IMG/VR virus record: IMGVR_UViG_3300035698_017726
Span: 50,833 to 114,832 of that record
Origin: a virus
Length of the DNA stretch: 64,000 nt
Reading direction: 5' to 3' (one strand)
A program made the translations under genes and the position numbers. Each line of letters begins with the position of its first letter. The stretch's first letter is position 1. Shown here in pieces: positions 29,918-39,472 of this stretch. A model generated the notes under the pieces. It worked only from the letters and a program-made list of their open reading frames with translations, ran no database searches and had not been told where the DNA came from.

Positions 29918-30373
29918 ATGGCCTTTTTGACCAAAGAAGAGCGTCAGTCTCTCACCCGTACTGAGCGTCGGGAGCTTCGTCAGAAGCTTCGTCAGGAGCG
30001 TCGTGCTGAGAAGAAGGCAGCCGGTGGCGGCCCCAAGTTCAACATCGACTGGAAGAAGGTCGACGAGCTGGCCACTGAGCTCATCCTCGATATGGCCGGC
30101 ATTGCCATGCCCGCTGAAGAGAAGATGCAGGCTGTGCTAGATGAGCTCGTCGAGCAGCTCGATGAGTTCTGCACCTGGACCGGCGTAGGCACCACTCTCG
30201 GTGGTATCTTTGGTGGGTCCATCGGTGCGCTCATCGGTGGCCTCGCTGCTGCAGGTCTGGAGCAGGTTGACGGTATCGCCCTCAAGGCTATCGCCGACAA
30301 GTTTATCGAGCCCCAGGTCCAGCGCGTCTATGACCGTCTGAAGGCCGAGGGTAAGGTCGAAGAGTCCGCCTAA
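29918..30373 (+). CDS. Glycine-zipper membrane-associated protein
   Basis: AGGAGG RBS; GTTLGGIFGGSIGALIGGLAAAG. Confidence 0.6.
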   Translation: MAFLTKEERQSLTRTERRELRQKLRQERRAEKKAAGGGPKFNIDWKKVDELATELILDMAGIAMPAEEKMQAVLDELVEQLDEFCTWTGVGTTLGGIFGGSIGALIGGLAAAGLEQVDGIALKAIADKFIEPQVQRVYDRLKAEGKVEESA

Positions 30374-30446
30374 CCAGTTCGTAGTTCCTGCTGACCTGAA
30401 GGCGCCTCCGGCGCCCGTTAGCAAGTCGCCATGGAAGTCCAAGAAG

Positions 30447-30668
30447 ATGTGGGCCTTCATGGTGGCAGAGCTGACTTGGAAGCTCATCGTCCTCGTCATG
30501 ATCTGGAAGCTAGTGAACGGCACCGATCTCTCTATTGTAGAGGGATCGGTGATGTCCATTGTGATCGTGACCACTGGCGTCCTAGAGGTGGGGTACCTCT
30601 TGGGCCAGGCCGCCTTGGACCGCTACACGTCGCTGGACTTCTTCAGCATGCTCAAGCCGGGGCCTTGA
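30447..30668 (+). CDS. Putative holin
   Basis: Two transmembrane helices preceded in frame by KSKK; near the endolysin. Confidence 0.45.
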   Translation: MWAFMVAELTWKLIVLVMIWKLVNGTDLSIVEGSVMSIVIVTTGVLEVGYLLGQAALDRYTSLDFFSMLKPGP

Positions 30669-31347
30669 CCGTTACTCCGCCTGGGAGAACGTACTGAATC
30701 GAGCCCACAGCGCCCTTGGCCTTTTCGGCCTTGAACGCCCATAGTCGGTCGAAGAGCTCGAGCTGATCCTTGGCGTCCTGAAGTGCATCGTGAGCGGGCC
30801 CCGACGTAGGTGATACCCATTCGCGTATAGAGTTCCTTCTCCTCGAAGGCCCACTCCAGGTCCGGCAAGAGGCCCAGCGCAAAAGCTGCGATGTCGATGG
30901 CCTCATAGTGGAAAGGATTCACTAAGCCGGCGGCTCCGAAGAGCTTGCTGATGAACGCCCAGTCCAGTCCAGTGGCGTAGCCTACAAAGACGCACTCGAA
31001 GTTCTGGCCGCGCACAGGGACATTGAGCCCCAAGACTGTCGTGACCTGTTTCATGATCCAGTCATGGAAGCAGAGTGCGTGGTCGTAGACCCAGCCCCTG
31101 ATCTCCCCGTGCTTGCCTAGACTCAGGTTGGCGCCGGGGTACAGCGCTCCGAAGACGAGGCCTTCTTCAATCAGCTTTGGTAGGTTCTCCAACGACCAAA
31201 GCTGATTCGGGCATCCTGCGAGATGGGCAAGTCTGCCTTGTACTCTTCGCCCGTTTCTCTACACACCGCTCCAATCTGCAGTAGCTGCCCGTACGCTGGA
31301 TTCGTGTCGGTTGCCTCTACATCTACTGAGAAGAAGATCTTTTTCAC
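30652..31347 (-). pseudogene. DEDDh 3'-5' exonuclease interrupted by two frameshifts (pseudogene or assembly error)
   Basis: ExoI SVDVEAT from GTG 31347, ExoII LDWAFI and ExoIII AHDALQDA lie in different frames; shifts near 31198 and 30800. Confidence 0.75.
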
Positions 31348-32235
31348 TTACCACCACCATGAGAAAATGCGTACCGAGGAGAGCTTCCTGTTTACGCTGG
31401 TTACCTTGTCACTGGCGTTTCCCTCGATGCTATCGAAGGTGCCGTCGTCCTTTACTCTCAATACGAAACCGGTATGTGCGGCGCCCATTGGGTCACCTCT
31501 ATCTGCATGGACCCAGTCCTTACCCAGTGTGAAGATCATGCCGGGCACAATGTCGTCCGAGGACGGAGTCACGAAGGTCTTGCGTTTACGGGCCCACGGC
31601 TCAAGATGGTGAGAGCAGGAACCGAACCATGCTCCGAAGGGCGTCTCTTCCCATGAGACCCGATAGCCAAAGGCCGCAGATAGTCCCTCTTTCAGCGACC
31701 AAGACACGAAGATGCAGCACCATGGGGGCATCTTGGAGGTGTCCGCCCACCTGAAGTGGATGCAGTAGTCGCTGGGGAGCTTACCTCTAGTCGAAGGGCT
31801 GACGATGTGGCCGATTTCTGGCCCACCATTGGAGCCCTTGGGGACTTCTCGCAGGCCGTACTGCATCACGGCAGAAGTCAGCACGCACACTACCTCGGCT
31901 ACGTCGTCTTCCTTCATCTCTTTGGGGAAGGCTCCGTCAACGCCGAGGTAGTGCTTCTGCTTCAGGTCGTCGAGGTAAGTGAGGTGCTCGCTGATCCATG
32001 CAGCGTCGAGGTCAGCAGGAACAGCTACTTCCGTATCGACCAGTAGTGCTGTCCAGGTCTGCGCACCCACAATGCCGTCGGCACTGAGAGCTCGAGAGAT
32101 CTGGAATGTCACCACAGCGGTTTCGGTCTTGGCGCCGAAGGCACCATCTTCGCCGACGTGGAAGCCAAAGGTGTTGAGCCTCTGTTGGAGGAACTTGACC
32201 TCTTTGCCCTTACTGCCTTCTCTGAGAACCTTCAT
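31348..32235 (-). CDS. Endolysin: peptidoglycan-binding domain + CHAP amidase
   Basis: LREGSKG.EV..LQ..L...DGAFG..TE.AV..FQ...DGIVG..TW; WCCIFVSW, HTGFV, IEGN. Confidence 0.88.
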   Translation of the reverse strand: MKVLREGSKGKEVKFLQQRLNTFGFHVGEDGAFGAKTETAVVTFQISRALSADGIVGAQTWTALLVDTEVAVPADLDAAWISEHLTYLDDLKQKHYLGVDGAFPKEMKEDDVAEVVCVLTSAVMQYGLREVPKGSNGGPEIGHIVSPSTRGKLPSDYCIHFRWADTSKMPPWCCIFVSWSLKEGLSAAFGYRVSWEETPFGAWFGSCSHHLEPWARKRKTFVTPSSDDIVPGMIFTLGKDWVHADRGDPMGAAHTGFVLRVKDDGTFDSIEGNASDKVTSVNRKLSSVRIFSWWW

Positions 32236-34118
32236 GAGACTACCTCGACATCCGTCATGTCCATTAGAAGAGATGCTCGTGCTTCTGCTTCTTTGCCGAG
32301 CATCTCTACCAAGGTAGCCTCTGTGACCATCTCCGTGCCATCAGGAATGGTGACTAGTTCCAGCACTCGTCCACGAGGACTCATCGTGGTCCGATACAGC
32401 ACCTTAGCTGGCATCTCACCGAGTCCCTTGAACCTGGTGATGTCCCCCTTGGGCCACTTCTTCATGAGCTTCTCCAGCTCAGCATCGTCGTGAGCCCAAT
32501 GGATGGCTTTGCGTACGGTGACTCTGTAGAGCGGAGGCTTGGCCAAGTACAGACGTCCCTCAGTGATGAGACCGGGAAGGTACCTATAGAAGAACGCCAG
32601 CAGCAGAGTAGCGATATGGTGACCGTCGATGTCGGCATCGGTCATGATGATGATCTTGCCGTATCTCAGGTTGCCGGAGTTGTAGTGAGGCCCAATGCCG
32701 CAACCCAATGCCTCGACGATATCCCGTAGCTCTGCGTTCTTGGTCACCTTGGAGAAGGTGTTCTGCATCGCGTTGAGTACCTTGCCTCTGAGCGGAAGGA
32801 TGGCCTGGGTATTCCTGTCCCTTCCCTGCTTGGCGGAGCCGCCGGCGGAGTCTCCTTCTACCAAGAACAGCTCAGTCTCCTCCAGATCATTGGAGCTGCA
32901 GTCGGCTAACTTTCCGGGGAGAGTAAGCCTCTTGACTACACTCTTTCGGGCTACGGTGGTCGCCGCAGCTCTGGAGGCCGTCCTTGCTCTGGCTGCCTGG
33001 ATGATGCGGTCCACCAGCTTCTTGCTCTGTGTGGCGTTCTTCACCAGCCAGTCTTCCAGGTCCGCCTGGAAGCGAGAGACCAGGTCCTTGGCTTCCGGGT
33101 TGTTTAGCCTGTGCTTGGTCTGCCCCTGGAACTGGGGGTTCAGCAAGTAGAGGGAAAGTACTCCTACTGCGCCTTCTCTGATGTCATCGGGGGAGATCTT
33201 CAGCCGCTTTGGGACGTCCTTGTGCCCGTGAAGCAGCTTCCGAACTGCTGCGACGATGCAGTCCTTCAACGCTTGATGGTGAGTCCCTCCATCCTTGGTG
33301 GGGATGCCATTGGCGAAAGACTTGAGCTCCTCGGTAGCCTCATATGTCCAAGTAAGTAGGACCTGTACCCGTCCATCTCCCACCTGCTCGTCGAACAGGA
33401 AGGGGAACTCCGTGACCATATCGGCGTCGGCCAAGAGAGAAGTCAGATAGTCCTGCAGCCCGCCACCGAACTTGAAGACTTCTCTGATGCTGCCGCCCAA
33501 GTCGTCGAAGGTGAGCTCCACTCCGGCATTCAAGTAAGCCTTGAGTCTCAACCGATTGAGGATGAGCTCGACGTCGAACTTCTGTTTCCCGAAGGTATCG
33601 ACGTCGGGGAGGAAGCGTACGTAGGTACCCGTCCACTTCTTCTTGTCCACCTGTTTCCTCTTGGAGATCCGGCCCTTGGGGACTCCGCCCACGTACTTCC
33701 TGGTCCAGCAGTGACCGTCACGGTTGACTGCTACCTCCATCCAAGTACTTAGCGCGTTGGCTACTGCCGCTCCCACTCCATGTAGCCCGCCTGCGCTTCC
33801 ATACGCTCCGCTCCCGAATTTGCCGCCGGCGTGGAGCTCGGTGAAGACGACGTCTATCGTCGACTTCTTCTTCGTGGGATGCATTCCGGTTGGAATACCT
33901 CGACCGTCGTCACTAACGGAGATGCTTCCGTCCGGCCATAGTTGGACGACGATAGCCTTGGCATGTCCGCCAATAGCTTCGTCGATGGAGTTGTCGAGGA
34001 TCTCCCAGAGCAGGTGGTGATAACCGTCCTTCCCTGTTCCTCCGACGTACATTCCGGGCCGAGCTCGGACCGCTTCAAGACCCTCGAGGACTCTGATGTC
34101 TTTCTCGTCATAACTCAC
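32232..34118 (-). CDS. Type IIA DNA topoisomerase subunit B (GyrB/ParE family)
   Basis: GLEAVRARPGMYVG, EILDNSIDE, DDGRGIP, LHAGGKF, EGDSAGGS, PLRGK, TDADIDG, RFKGLGEM. Confidence 0.97.
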   Translation of the reverse strand: MSYDEKDIRVLEGLEAVRARPGMYVGGTGKDGYHHLLWEILDNSIDEAIGGHAKAIVVQLWPDGSISVSDDGRGIPTGMHPTKKKSTIDVVFTELHAGGKFGSGAYGSAGGLHGVGAAVANALSTWMEVAVNRDGHCWTRKYVGGVPKGRISKRKQVDKKKWTGTYVRFLPDVDTFGKQKFDVELILNRLRLKAYLNAGVELTFDDLGGSIREVFKFGGGLQDYLTSLLADADMVTEFPFLFDEQVGDGRVQVLLTWTYEATEELKSFANGIPTKDGGTHHQALKDCIVAAVRKLLHGHKDVPKRLKISPDDIREGAVGVLSLYLLNPQFQGQTKHRLNNPEAKDLVSRFQADLEDWLVKNATQSKKLVDRIIQAARARTASRAAATTVARKSVVKRLTLPGKLADCSSNDLEETELFLVEGDSAGGSAKQGRDRNTQAILPLRGKVLNAMQNTFSKVTKNAELRDIVEALGCGIGPHYNSGNLRYGKIIIMTDADIDGHHIATLLLAFFYRYLPGLITEGRLYLAKPPLYRVTVRKAIHWAHDDAELEKLMKKWPKGDITRFKGLGEMPAKVLYRTTMSPRGRVLELVTIPDGTEMVTEATLVEMLGKEAEARASLLMDMTDVEVVS

Positions 34119-34546
34119 AAACTCTCCCAGTCCCTACGACTGTTGTATGCCGCGACCTCTTCGATAGAGGCTCTGCGGGTAACGACTAGAACCGTATCTC
34201 CGGGCAGCGGAGGGTCCATAGTCTTGTAGACCCACTTCTTCCCGATGACACGTCGAGGCACCCCGTCCACCACCACGATCTCTCCTAGCCAGGGAACTCG
34301 TGAGCTATTCCTCACGGAGTAGCTGTCGCCTATCTTGTCCTCGTACTCTAGGGCTCCGACTCCCTGCGGTCGGTCGGATTCCTGAGACTTGGCCAGCTTC
34401 TCGAGACTCTTGGCTATGGATACCAGAGCCCCTGCGATCTTGGGGACGGTTCCTTGGTAAAAGCGAGCACCCATCTGTGACTGAAAGAACTCCACTCCCA
34501 TTCTTCTCTCCCTATTTGTATCTTTGTTACACAAAGGACAACGCAT
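34115..34546 (-). CDS. Hypothetical protein
   Basis: 143-aa ORF in the operon. Confidence 0.5.
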   Translation of the reverse strand: MRCPLCNKDTNRERRMGVEFFQSQMGARFYQGTVPKIAGALVSIAKSLEKLAKSQESDRPQGVGALEYEDKIGDSYSVRNSSRVPWLGEIVVVDGVPRRVIGKKWVYKTMDPPLPGDTVLVVTRRASIEEVAAYNSRRDWESL

Positions 34547-34547
34547 A

Positions 34548-35348
34548 TTAGTTTTCCTCTGGAGTTCTTATGCCAAGCTTTAGGCGAAGCTTTGTCATCG
34601 CCTTTTTCAAGATCTGTCGAGCCCGTTCTCGAGTGACCGTCTTCCCCTCCTTGACGTGTTTCCCCAGCTCCCGCAGAGACATGGCTTCCCCGCCGTCCAG
34701 TCCGTAGTAGAGGACCAGCGCTAGGTACTCGTCATCATCCAGGTCGCCTGCCTTGTTCATGGCGGAGAGGCAGGAGCACGAGATCATGGCCAGCTGCTCG
34801 GGGTTGGGGTCCTTGGACGGACCCCACTGGTCAAAGTTCTCGCAATCCGGAGACCCTTGGTAGTATGCGCCGTTAGTGCCGTCGCCGTAACAGCCACACA
34901 TGAACGCTACAGTAAAGACAGAGATATTCTCATTGTCGGGGCACAGCTCCACCAGCGTGGGGATTCTCCCCTCCCTAAGAATCTCTTGTTCTCTCCTGTA
35001 AGCGTCCCTCTTCATCTGCTCCATGTAGAGAGGGACTCTGATCCCAAAAGTACCTGTTCTATTCTGAAGCTCTCGCTGGATGAACCAGCCAGCTACCGTC
35101 CCCAGCTTTCCCTTGTCCGGCTTCCAGTACTTTACGGCCTTGTAGAGGCCAAGCATCGCTACTTGGAAGTCGTCATCACTGCCGTAGCCTTTCTTCCGCG
35201 TGATGGCGTACGCCAGTAGCTTATTGAACATGACCACTTCCCAGAGAAGCTCTGGAGGGTCACCAGCAGCTCTGGCCTCTTCTCTCAGTCGGATGGACTT
35301 TTCTAAAAATAGCTCTTTGGAGCGTTTGGCTTGTTTGGGCATGTCCAA
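34548..35348 (-). CDS. Phage RNA polymerase sigma-70 family factor
   Basis: Region 2 DDFQVAMLGLYKAV..W.PDKG....A.W.I; region 4 YGLDGG..SLRELG...VTRERARQI..KAM.KLR. Confidence 0.9.
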   Translation of the reverse strand: MDMPKQAKRSKELFLEKSIRLREEARAAGDPPELLWEVVMFNKLLAYAITRKKGYGSDDDFQVAMLGLYKAVKYWKPDKGKLGTVAGWFIQRELQNRTGTFGIRVPLYMEQMKRDAYRREQEILREGRIPTLVELCPDNENISVFTVAFMCGCYGDGTNGAYYQGSPDCENFDQWGPSKDPNPEQLAMISCSCLSAMNKAGDLDDDEYLALVLYYGLDGGEAMSLRELGKHVKEGKTVTRERARQILKKAMTKLRLKLGIRTPEEN

Positions 35349-35418
35349 TATCTAATAGGTGTGCTTATCAGATGCACGAACGCCCCAGAACCTAAGCTCT
35401 GGGGCGTGTGCTGTGGAG

Positions 35419-36021
35419 CTACCGCAACCACTCCTTGGGTACGAAGTCTCTCCACTCATCTGGCATGTGGCGTAGCCGGGATAGGTTCATCCTGACGATG
35501 TCCCAGGCCTTCGGCTGGTAGGGACGTCTCTTCAGCCTAAGGACCTTACGGTCCGGACCCCTTGCGGTACCTAGGGGATCTGAGCCCTTGCAGTTGTTGC
35601 AGGGCTTACAAGATGTAGTGACGTTCAGCCAGCTATGGACGGGAACCACTAGACCGCTCCAAGGGAGAGTAACCATCCCCTCCTTGGCGTGGGCCTTAGC
35701 GACTACGTGGTCAATCGAGAGCTCGTCGAAGACGTTCTTCTCCGGCTTGTAGCTACAGTACTGGCAGGTGTGTCTGTCTCTGGCAAAGATCGGACCTCTC
35801 TTCAAACGTACCTTCTGGTGATAGATGGGCACGAATGTCTTGTAGGCGATGACTGCTGGCCAGGGGAATTCCCTGGAAGGGGACCTGAGCACACGGCCTT
35901 CATAGTTGGACAGGGTGTAGGCGACCTCCTTCTGGAGGAGCTCGAATGCCTTCCACCACGATACAATCCTGAAGGGCTTTGAGTCTGGGTGTGCGTTTAG
36001 AACAAGAACTGAAGCAGTCAC
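35419..36021 (-). CDS. HNH endonuclease
   Basis: VLVLNA, IFARD.HTCQYC, SIDHVV, NVTTSCKPCNNCKG. Confidence 0.9.
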   Translation of the reverse strand: MTASVLVLNAHPDSKPFRIVSWWKAFELLQKEVAYTLSNYEGRVLRSPSREFPWPAVIAYKTFVPIYHQKVRLKRGPIFARDRHTCQYCSYKPEKNVFDELSIDHVVAKAHAKEGMVTLPWSGLVVPVHSWLNVTTSCKPCNNCKGSDPLGTARGPDRKVLRLKRRPYQPKAWDIVRMNLSRLRHMPDEWRDFVPKEWLR

Positions 36022-36035
36022 AACGACCTCCTTTT

Positions 36036-36245
36036 TTAGTCGCCTAACTTGGGTTTGGGGTCCACTACGGCGCCGTACTGCCCAACGATGACATTCTCCT
36101 CATCGTCTTCGATTACGTAGATATGATCGGGTTGGAGTAATTCCATCTGTGTCCTCTCGTCCATGGCGTCAGCCACGAGATTGTGGTCCGGAGCAATTTC
36201 GGTGTCTGGAGGGATTCGGATAAACGCTATCACTCGGAAGGGCAT
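36036..36245 (-). CDS. Hypothetical protein
   Basis: 69-aa ORF. Confidence 0.4.
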   Translation of the reverse strand: MPFRVIAFIRIPPDTEIAPDHNLVADAMDERTQMELLQPDHIYVIEDDEENVIVGQYGAVVDPKPKLGD

Positions 36246-36504
36246 ATTTCAGTGTTCCTGGGCTTTCGATGTAAAAAGTCTTCTGGCGTCTTCTCAACTT
36301 TTTGAAGAGTCTTTCCGCCATTAGCGCATAGCTTTGATTGGTCATGATCCACTGCGCTGCTACCTTCCAAGGCCGGCGACTGCGCGTGAATCTAGCGCCG
36401 CCCGCCAGCTCCCCATTGTGCTGACGTAAGCGTCTCTTGAGATCTGTCGTGATCCCCGTGTAGTAGGTTCCATCCACGCCCTCTAAGACGTAAAGAGTCC
36501 ACAT
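36169..36504 (-). CDS. GIY-YIG nuclease (UPF0213/SLX1-like)
   Basis: LYVL...YYTGITTDLKRRLRQHN..GGARFTR.RRPW. Confidence 0.88.
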   Translation of the reverse strand: MWTLYVLEGVDGTYYTGITTDLKRRLRQHNGELAGGARFTRSRRPWKVAAQWIMTNQSYALMAERLFKKLRRRQKTFYIESPGTLKYALPSDSVYPNPSRHRNCSGPQSRG

Positions 36505-36520
36505 AACTATCCCCTAAAAA

Positions 36521-36597
36521 TGGCACCCCGTAGAGGACTCGAACCTCTTACCCTCGGTTTAGAAGACCGATGCTCTATCCAGATGAGCTAACGGGGC
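36521..36597 (-). tRNA. tRNA-Arg(TCT)
   Basis: Cloverleaf, loop CT-TCT-AA, CCA. Confidence 0.93.
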
Positions 36598-36601
36598 ATA
36601 A

Positions 36602-36677
36602 TGGTGAGCGGTACTGGGTTCGAACCAGCGACCCGCAGCTTGTAAGGCTACTGCTCTTCCAACTGAGCTAACCGCCC
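36602..36677 (-). tRNA. tRNA-Val(TAC)
   Basis: Loop CT-TAC-AA, CCA. Confidence 0.93.
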
Positions 36678-36717
36678 GAGTGGCCTCGGACGCCGAAGCA
36701 CCCGAGGCCTAGTGGAG

Positions 36718-37107
36718 CTAGATGCCCCATTCCTGCATCTTGACCATCAGGCTCATGTCGATGGACACGGCCTTGGCCTTGATGTTCGCCAAGAGCTTGC
36801 GCTCGAGGTCGCTGATGATGCCGTCGCCTTCGATGTGGCTGATGAGGAACGCTGCCTCGGCGGGGTCGACCACGCCGGGGGTGTTCTCGTCGGCCAGGAC
36901 ATAGTCGGACAGAGCTTCGACGAACAGGTCGTCCCAGCTGCTGTCGTTCTCGTTGCCCTCGGTGGCATCGGCGAGCTCGAAGAGGACCGCAGCCTCCTCG
37001 GTATCGATGACGCCGTCCTCGTAGATGGCGGCCTTGAGGGCCACGACTTCATCGGAGTCGATGATGCCGTCTTCGAGGATGTCGGTCTTGAGCTGCTGCA
37101 GTGACAT
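36718..37107 (-). CDS. TerB-like acidic helical protein
   Basis: Repeated DG.ID..E motifs; next to a TerD-type gene. Confidence 0.55.
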   Translation of the reverse strand: MSLQQLKTDILEDGIIDSDEVVALKAAIYEDGVIDTEEAAVLFELADATEGNENDSSWDDLFVEALSDYVLADENTPGVVDPAEAAFLISHIEGDGIISDLERKLLANIKAKAVSIDMSLMVKMQEWGI

Positions 37108-37179
37108 GGTACCTCCCTGGTACTCTCGAGGATGTGGAACTTTGGGGCCCCACGGGTAGTCTGGATAGTCCGGCGAGGA

Positions 37180-37713
37180 CTAGGAGTTGATGACGGCCCA
37201 GAGGTCGTCGAGCTTGGAGAGGCCCTTGAGGGTGCCGCCCTTGGAGACGTTGACCAACTGCGCGCCCATGGGGCTCGAGTTGTCGATGGTGGCGATGACG
37301 CAGACGTTGCCGGTTGCGCCGGCGTCGAGGGTCACGGCGTGGTCGGTGCCGGAGTCGTCCATGAAGGACAGCTTGACGTCGCTGGAGTCGAAGCGAGCGG
37401 GGGCGCCGCTCTTCACCTGGCCGTAGTCCCAGACCAGGATGTGGACCTTCTCCATCTCGTCGATGTTGGCGATCCGCATCTGTTCCTGGTTGTCGCCGCC
37501 GCTGTCGCCGACGCCTTCGTCACCGGACAGCTCCATAAAGGGGAAGGCGTTCATGTCGCCCTTGTCGCCGAAGTACGCCAGGCCCTTACGGCCGTCCTTG
37601 GCCTCGTAGAGCGCTGCGAGGTCGAAGTCGGCGGCGGTGGTCCACTTCATGGTGATGAGAGCTTGCTTGAGGGTGGGCAGCTGTGCGGTCGCGCCCTTCT
37701 GTACGAGTTCCAT
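37180..37713 (-). CDS. TerD/TerA-family stress protein
   Basis: W..A.DFDLAALY, LSGDEG.G..GGDN.E.MRI. Confidence 0.75.
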   Translation of the reverse strand: MELVQKGATAQLPTLKQALITMKWTTAADFDLAALYEAKDGRKGLAYFGDKGDMNAFPFMELSGDEGVGDSGGDNQEQMRIANIDEMEKVHILVWDYGQVKSGAPARFDSSDVKLSFMDDSGTDHAVTLDAGATGNVCVIATIDNSSPMGAQLVNVSKGGTLKGLSKLDDLWAVINS

Positions 37714-37828
37714 GTGTTTCCCCTAGAGGAGTTTGAGGTTCGTCCCGGTCTCTCTTGGAGTCAAAGAAGAGAGCCCCAGAAATCCCAGGACATTCTTCTT
37801 ATGTCAGAAAACACAGTTAAAAAGAGGG

Positions 37829-37902
37829 TGGGCGAATTCGGACTTGAACCGAAGACCCTCTGGTTATGAGCCAGGTGCTCTAACCTACTGAGCTATTCGC
37901 CC
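37829..37902 (-). tRNA. tRNA-CAT (likely Ile2/lysidine type)
   Basis: Loop CT-CAT-AA, GGGC start; 3' end ACCC rather than ACCA. Confidence 0.8.
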
Positions 37903-38022
37903 TAAAACCTCTATCTCTCTTTGAGCTCGAACTTCTCGAAGAAGGGAGCGGCGTCCTTGCGGTTTCCGCTGATCCACATATCGTGAATCCTATGGACGAT
38001 GTACATCACTTTTCTCCCGAGA

Positions 38023-38099
38023 TGGTGGACCGGACGGGAATCGAACCCGCGACCTTCGCCTTGCAAGGGCGTTGCTCTCCCGGACTGAGCTACCAGCCC
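38023..38099 (-). tRNA. tRNA-Ala(TGC)
   Basis: Loop CT-TGC-AA, G3.U70, CCA. Confidence 0.93.
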
Positions 38100-38112
38100 A
38101 CATCTCTGTTCT

Positions 38113-39033
38113 CTAATCGATCCAGCCCACTCCTTCCATCCTGGCGGTGCCCTGATCGGTGGTTTCCGTGTTGCCCAGGATCTTCATCCACTTGGCGCAT
38201 TTCACGGTCTTGTGGTCGACGTGACGGACCTTGCCGCGTACGAAGACTTCGTCACGTCCTCTCACGGAGTGCCCGTGCTCCAGCTGCGCACCCGGCATCG
38301 TGATGAGCTCGTCGGCTACGTGCGGGTTGCCTCCGGGCCTGCCGAGGAAGGAACCGATGTTGACTCCCTTTTTGACGGCGTTCTTGGTCTTGGCCAGCGC
38401 AGTCTCGATAGCCTTGAGCTCTTCGTCGCTAGCCCGAAGGAAGAACCACTCACCCTGGCGGCGGGACAAGCGGTGCTTGCCTTCGGCCGTGTGGATAGTG
38501 GGGTGCTTCAAGCTATCGTGCGCCTGCTGGATGCTGGTGCAGGACCTGCTGAGCTCGGTGATGAAGAGCTGGCGCTCATCCAGACCCATGAGGAAGTACC
38601 GGCTACGGCCAGCGGTGGTCTGGAGCACCCAGATACCGTCTTTGCGGAGCTCCACGTTCTTGCGGACTGCGAAGCTCTGCTGCGTTTTCCAGGCCTCGAA
38701 CCAGTTGTTGGCGGTCTTGAACTGCTTCTTGAGCCTGTCGATGCCGTATCGGCCTACTACGACCCTTTCCCAGAACTCACGCTTGGGCTCGCGGACCCGC
38801 AGGATGACCTGCTTGCGCCTGTCGTCGGTGGCGGCGATGTCCGCCACGTTGCTGTCGTTGCCCCAGAAGATCTCGAACCACTCGTTGCGAGAGTTGCCCT
38901 TGGTCTTCCGGCAGATGTCCATGCCGAAGATCTCCGAGTTGCTCACGAAGGAGAACTGCTTCTCCCGAATCTTGATGACCAGTCCTGCCTTCAAGAACTT
39001 CTTCTGCAGATTCTGTGCTTTCTGGTGTGCCAT
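38113..39033 (-). CDS. Phage-type hypothetical protein
   Basis: 306 aa; RQGEWFF, GNPH and RHVDH motifs. Confidence 0.65.
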   Translation of the reverse strand: MAHQKAQNLQKKFLKAGLVIKIREKQFSFVSNSEIFGMDICRKTKGNSRNEWFEIFWGNDSNVADIAATDDRRKQVILRVREPKREFWERVVVGRYGIDRLKKQFKTANNWFEAWKTQQSFAVRKNVELRKDGIWVLQTTAGRSRYFLMGLDERQLFITELSRSCTSIQQAHDSLKHPTIHTAEGKHRLSRRQGEWFFLRASDEELKAIETALAKTKNAVKKGVNIGSFLGRPGGNPHVADELITMPGAQLEHGHSVRGRDEVFVRGKVRHVDHKTVKCAKWMKILGNTETTDQGTARMEGVGWID

Positions 39034-39087
39034 GCTTTCTCCCTAAGAAATGGCTGTAAGCTTTCGCTCACACTTCTTATAACTGAA

Positions 39088-39163
39088 TGGTGGAATAGAT
39101 GGGACTCGAACCCACAACCTACGACTTGCGAAGCCGTTGCTCTCCCAGTTGAGCTACTACCCC
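39088..39163 (-). tRNA. tRNA-Ala(CGC)
   Basis: Loop TT-CGC-AA, G3.U70. Confidence 0.9.
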
Positions 39164-39168
39164 AAAGA

Positions 39169-39244
39169 TGGTGGGCAAGACTGGACTCGAACCAGCGACT
39201 TCCTCCATGTCACGGAGACACTCTTCCATCTGAGTTACTCGCCC
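39169..39244 (-). tRNA. tRNA-Val(GAC)
   Basis: Loop GT-GAC-AT, CCA. Confidence 0.9.
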
Positions 39245-39262
39245 ATCTTTTTCTAACTAACC

Positions 39263-39324
39263 CTTGCCGGTCTTTCCGAACTGATTACCTTCATTACATG
39301 ATGAATCGCTCCCGACGACGATGA
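39263..39324 (+). promoter_or_regulatory. Putative promoter plus leaderless mini-ORF MMNRSRRR
   Basis: TTGCCG-16nt-TACCTT, ATG at 39298 seven nt after the -10; ATG ATG AAT CGC TCC CGA CGA CGA TGA. Confidence 0.45.
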
Positions 39325-39389
39325 CAGCCCCACCCCGGAAAGCGGGGTCCACGAACACCGGGCCATAAGTACGTCCAGCGACTCACTAC

Positions 39390-39467
39390 ACTCCCTTAGC
39401 TCAGTCGGCAGAGCACCGAGGTTATCGACCTTGGGGGCCGCAGGTTCAATCCCTGTAGGGAGTACCA
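39390..39467 (+). ncRNA. Atypical tRNA-like RNA (6-bp anticodon stem, loop TTATCGA)
   Basis: Acceptor ACTCCCT/AGGGAGT-ACCA, normal D and T arms. Confidence 0.7.
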
Positions 39468-39472
39468 TTTTT

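Noticed and set aside
35419-36504. HNH and GIY-YIG genes as intron- or intein-borne homing elements
   Set aside because: Both are free-standing ORFs; no interrupted host gene or intron structure is visible around them.
38212-39324. Long + strand ORFs antisense to real genes (also 41608-42333, 46334-47008, 50395-51075, 13635-14462)
   Set aside because: Shadow frames of GC3-biased genes on the opposite strand; no RBS or recognisable motifs, and some run across tRNA genes.
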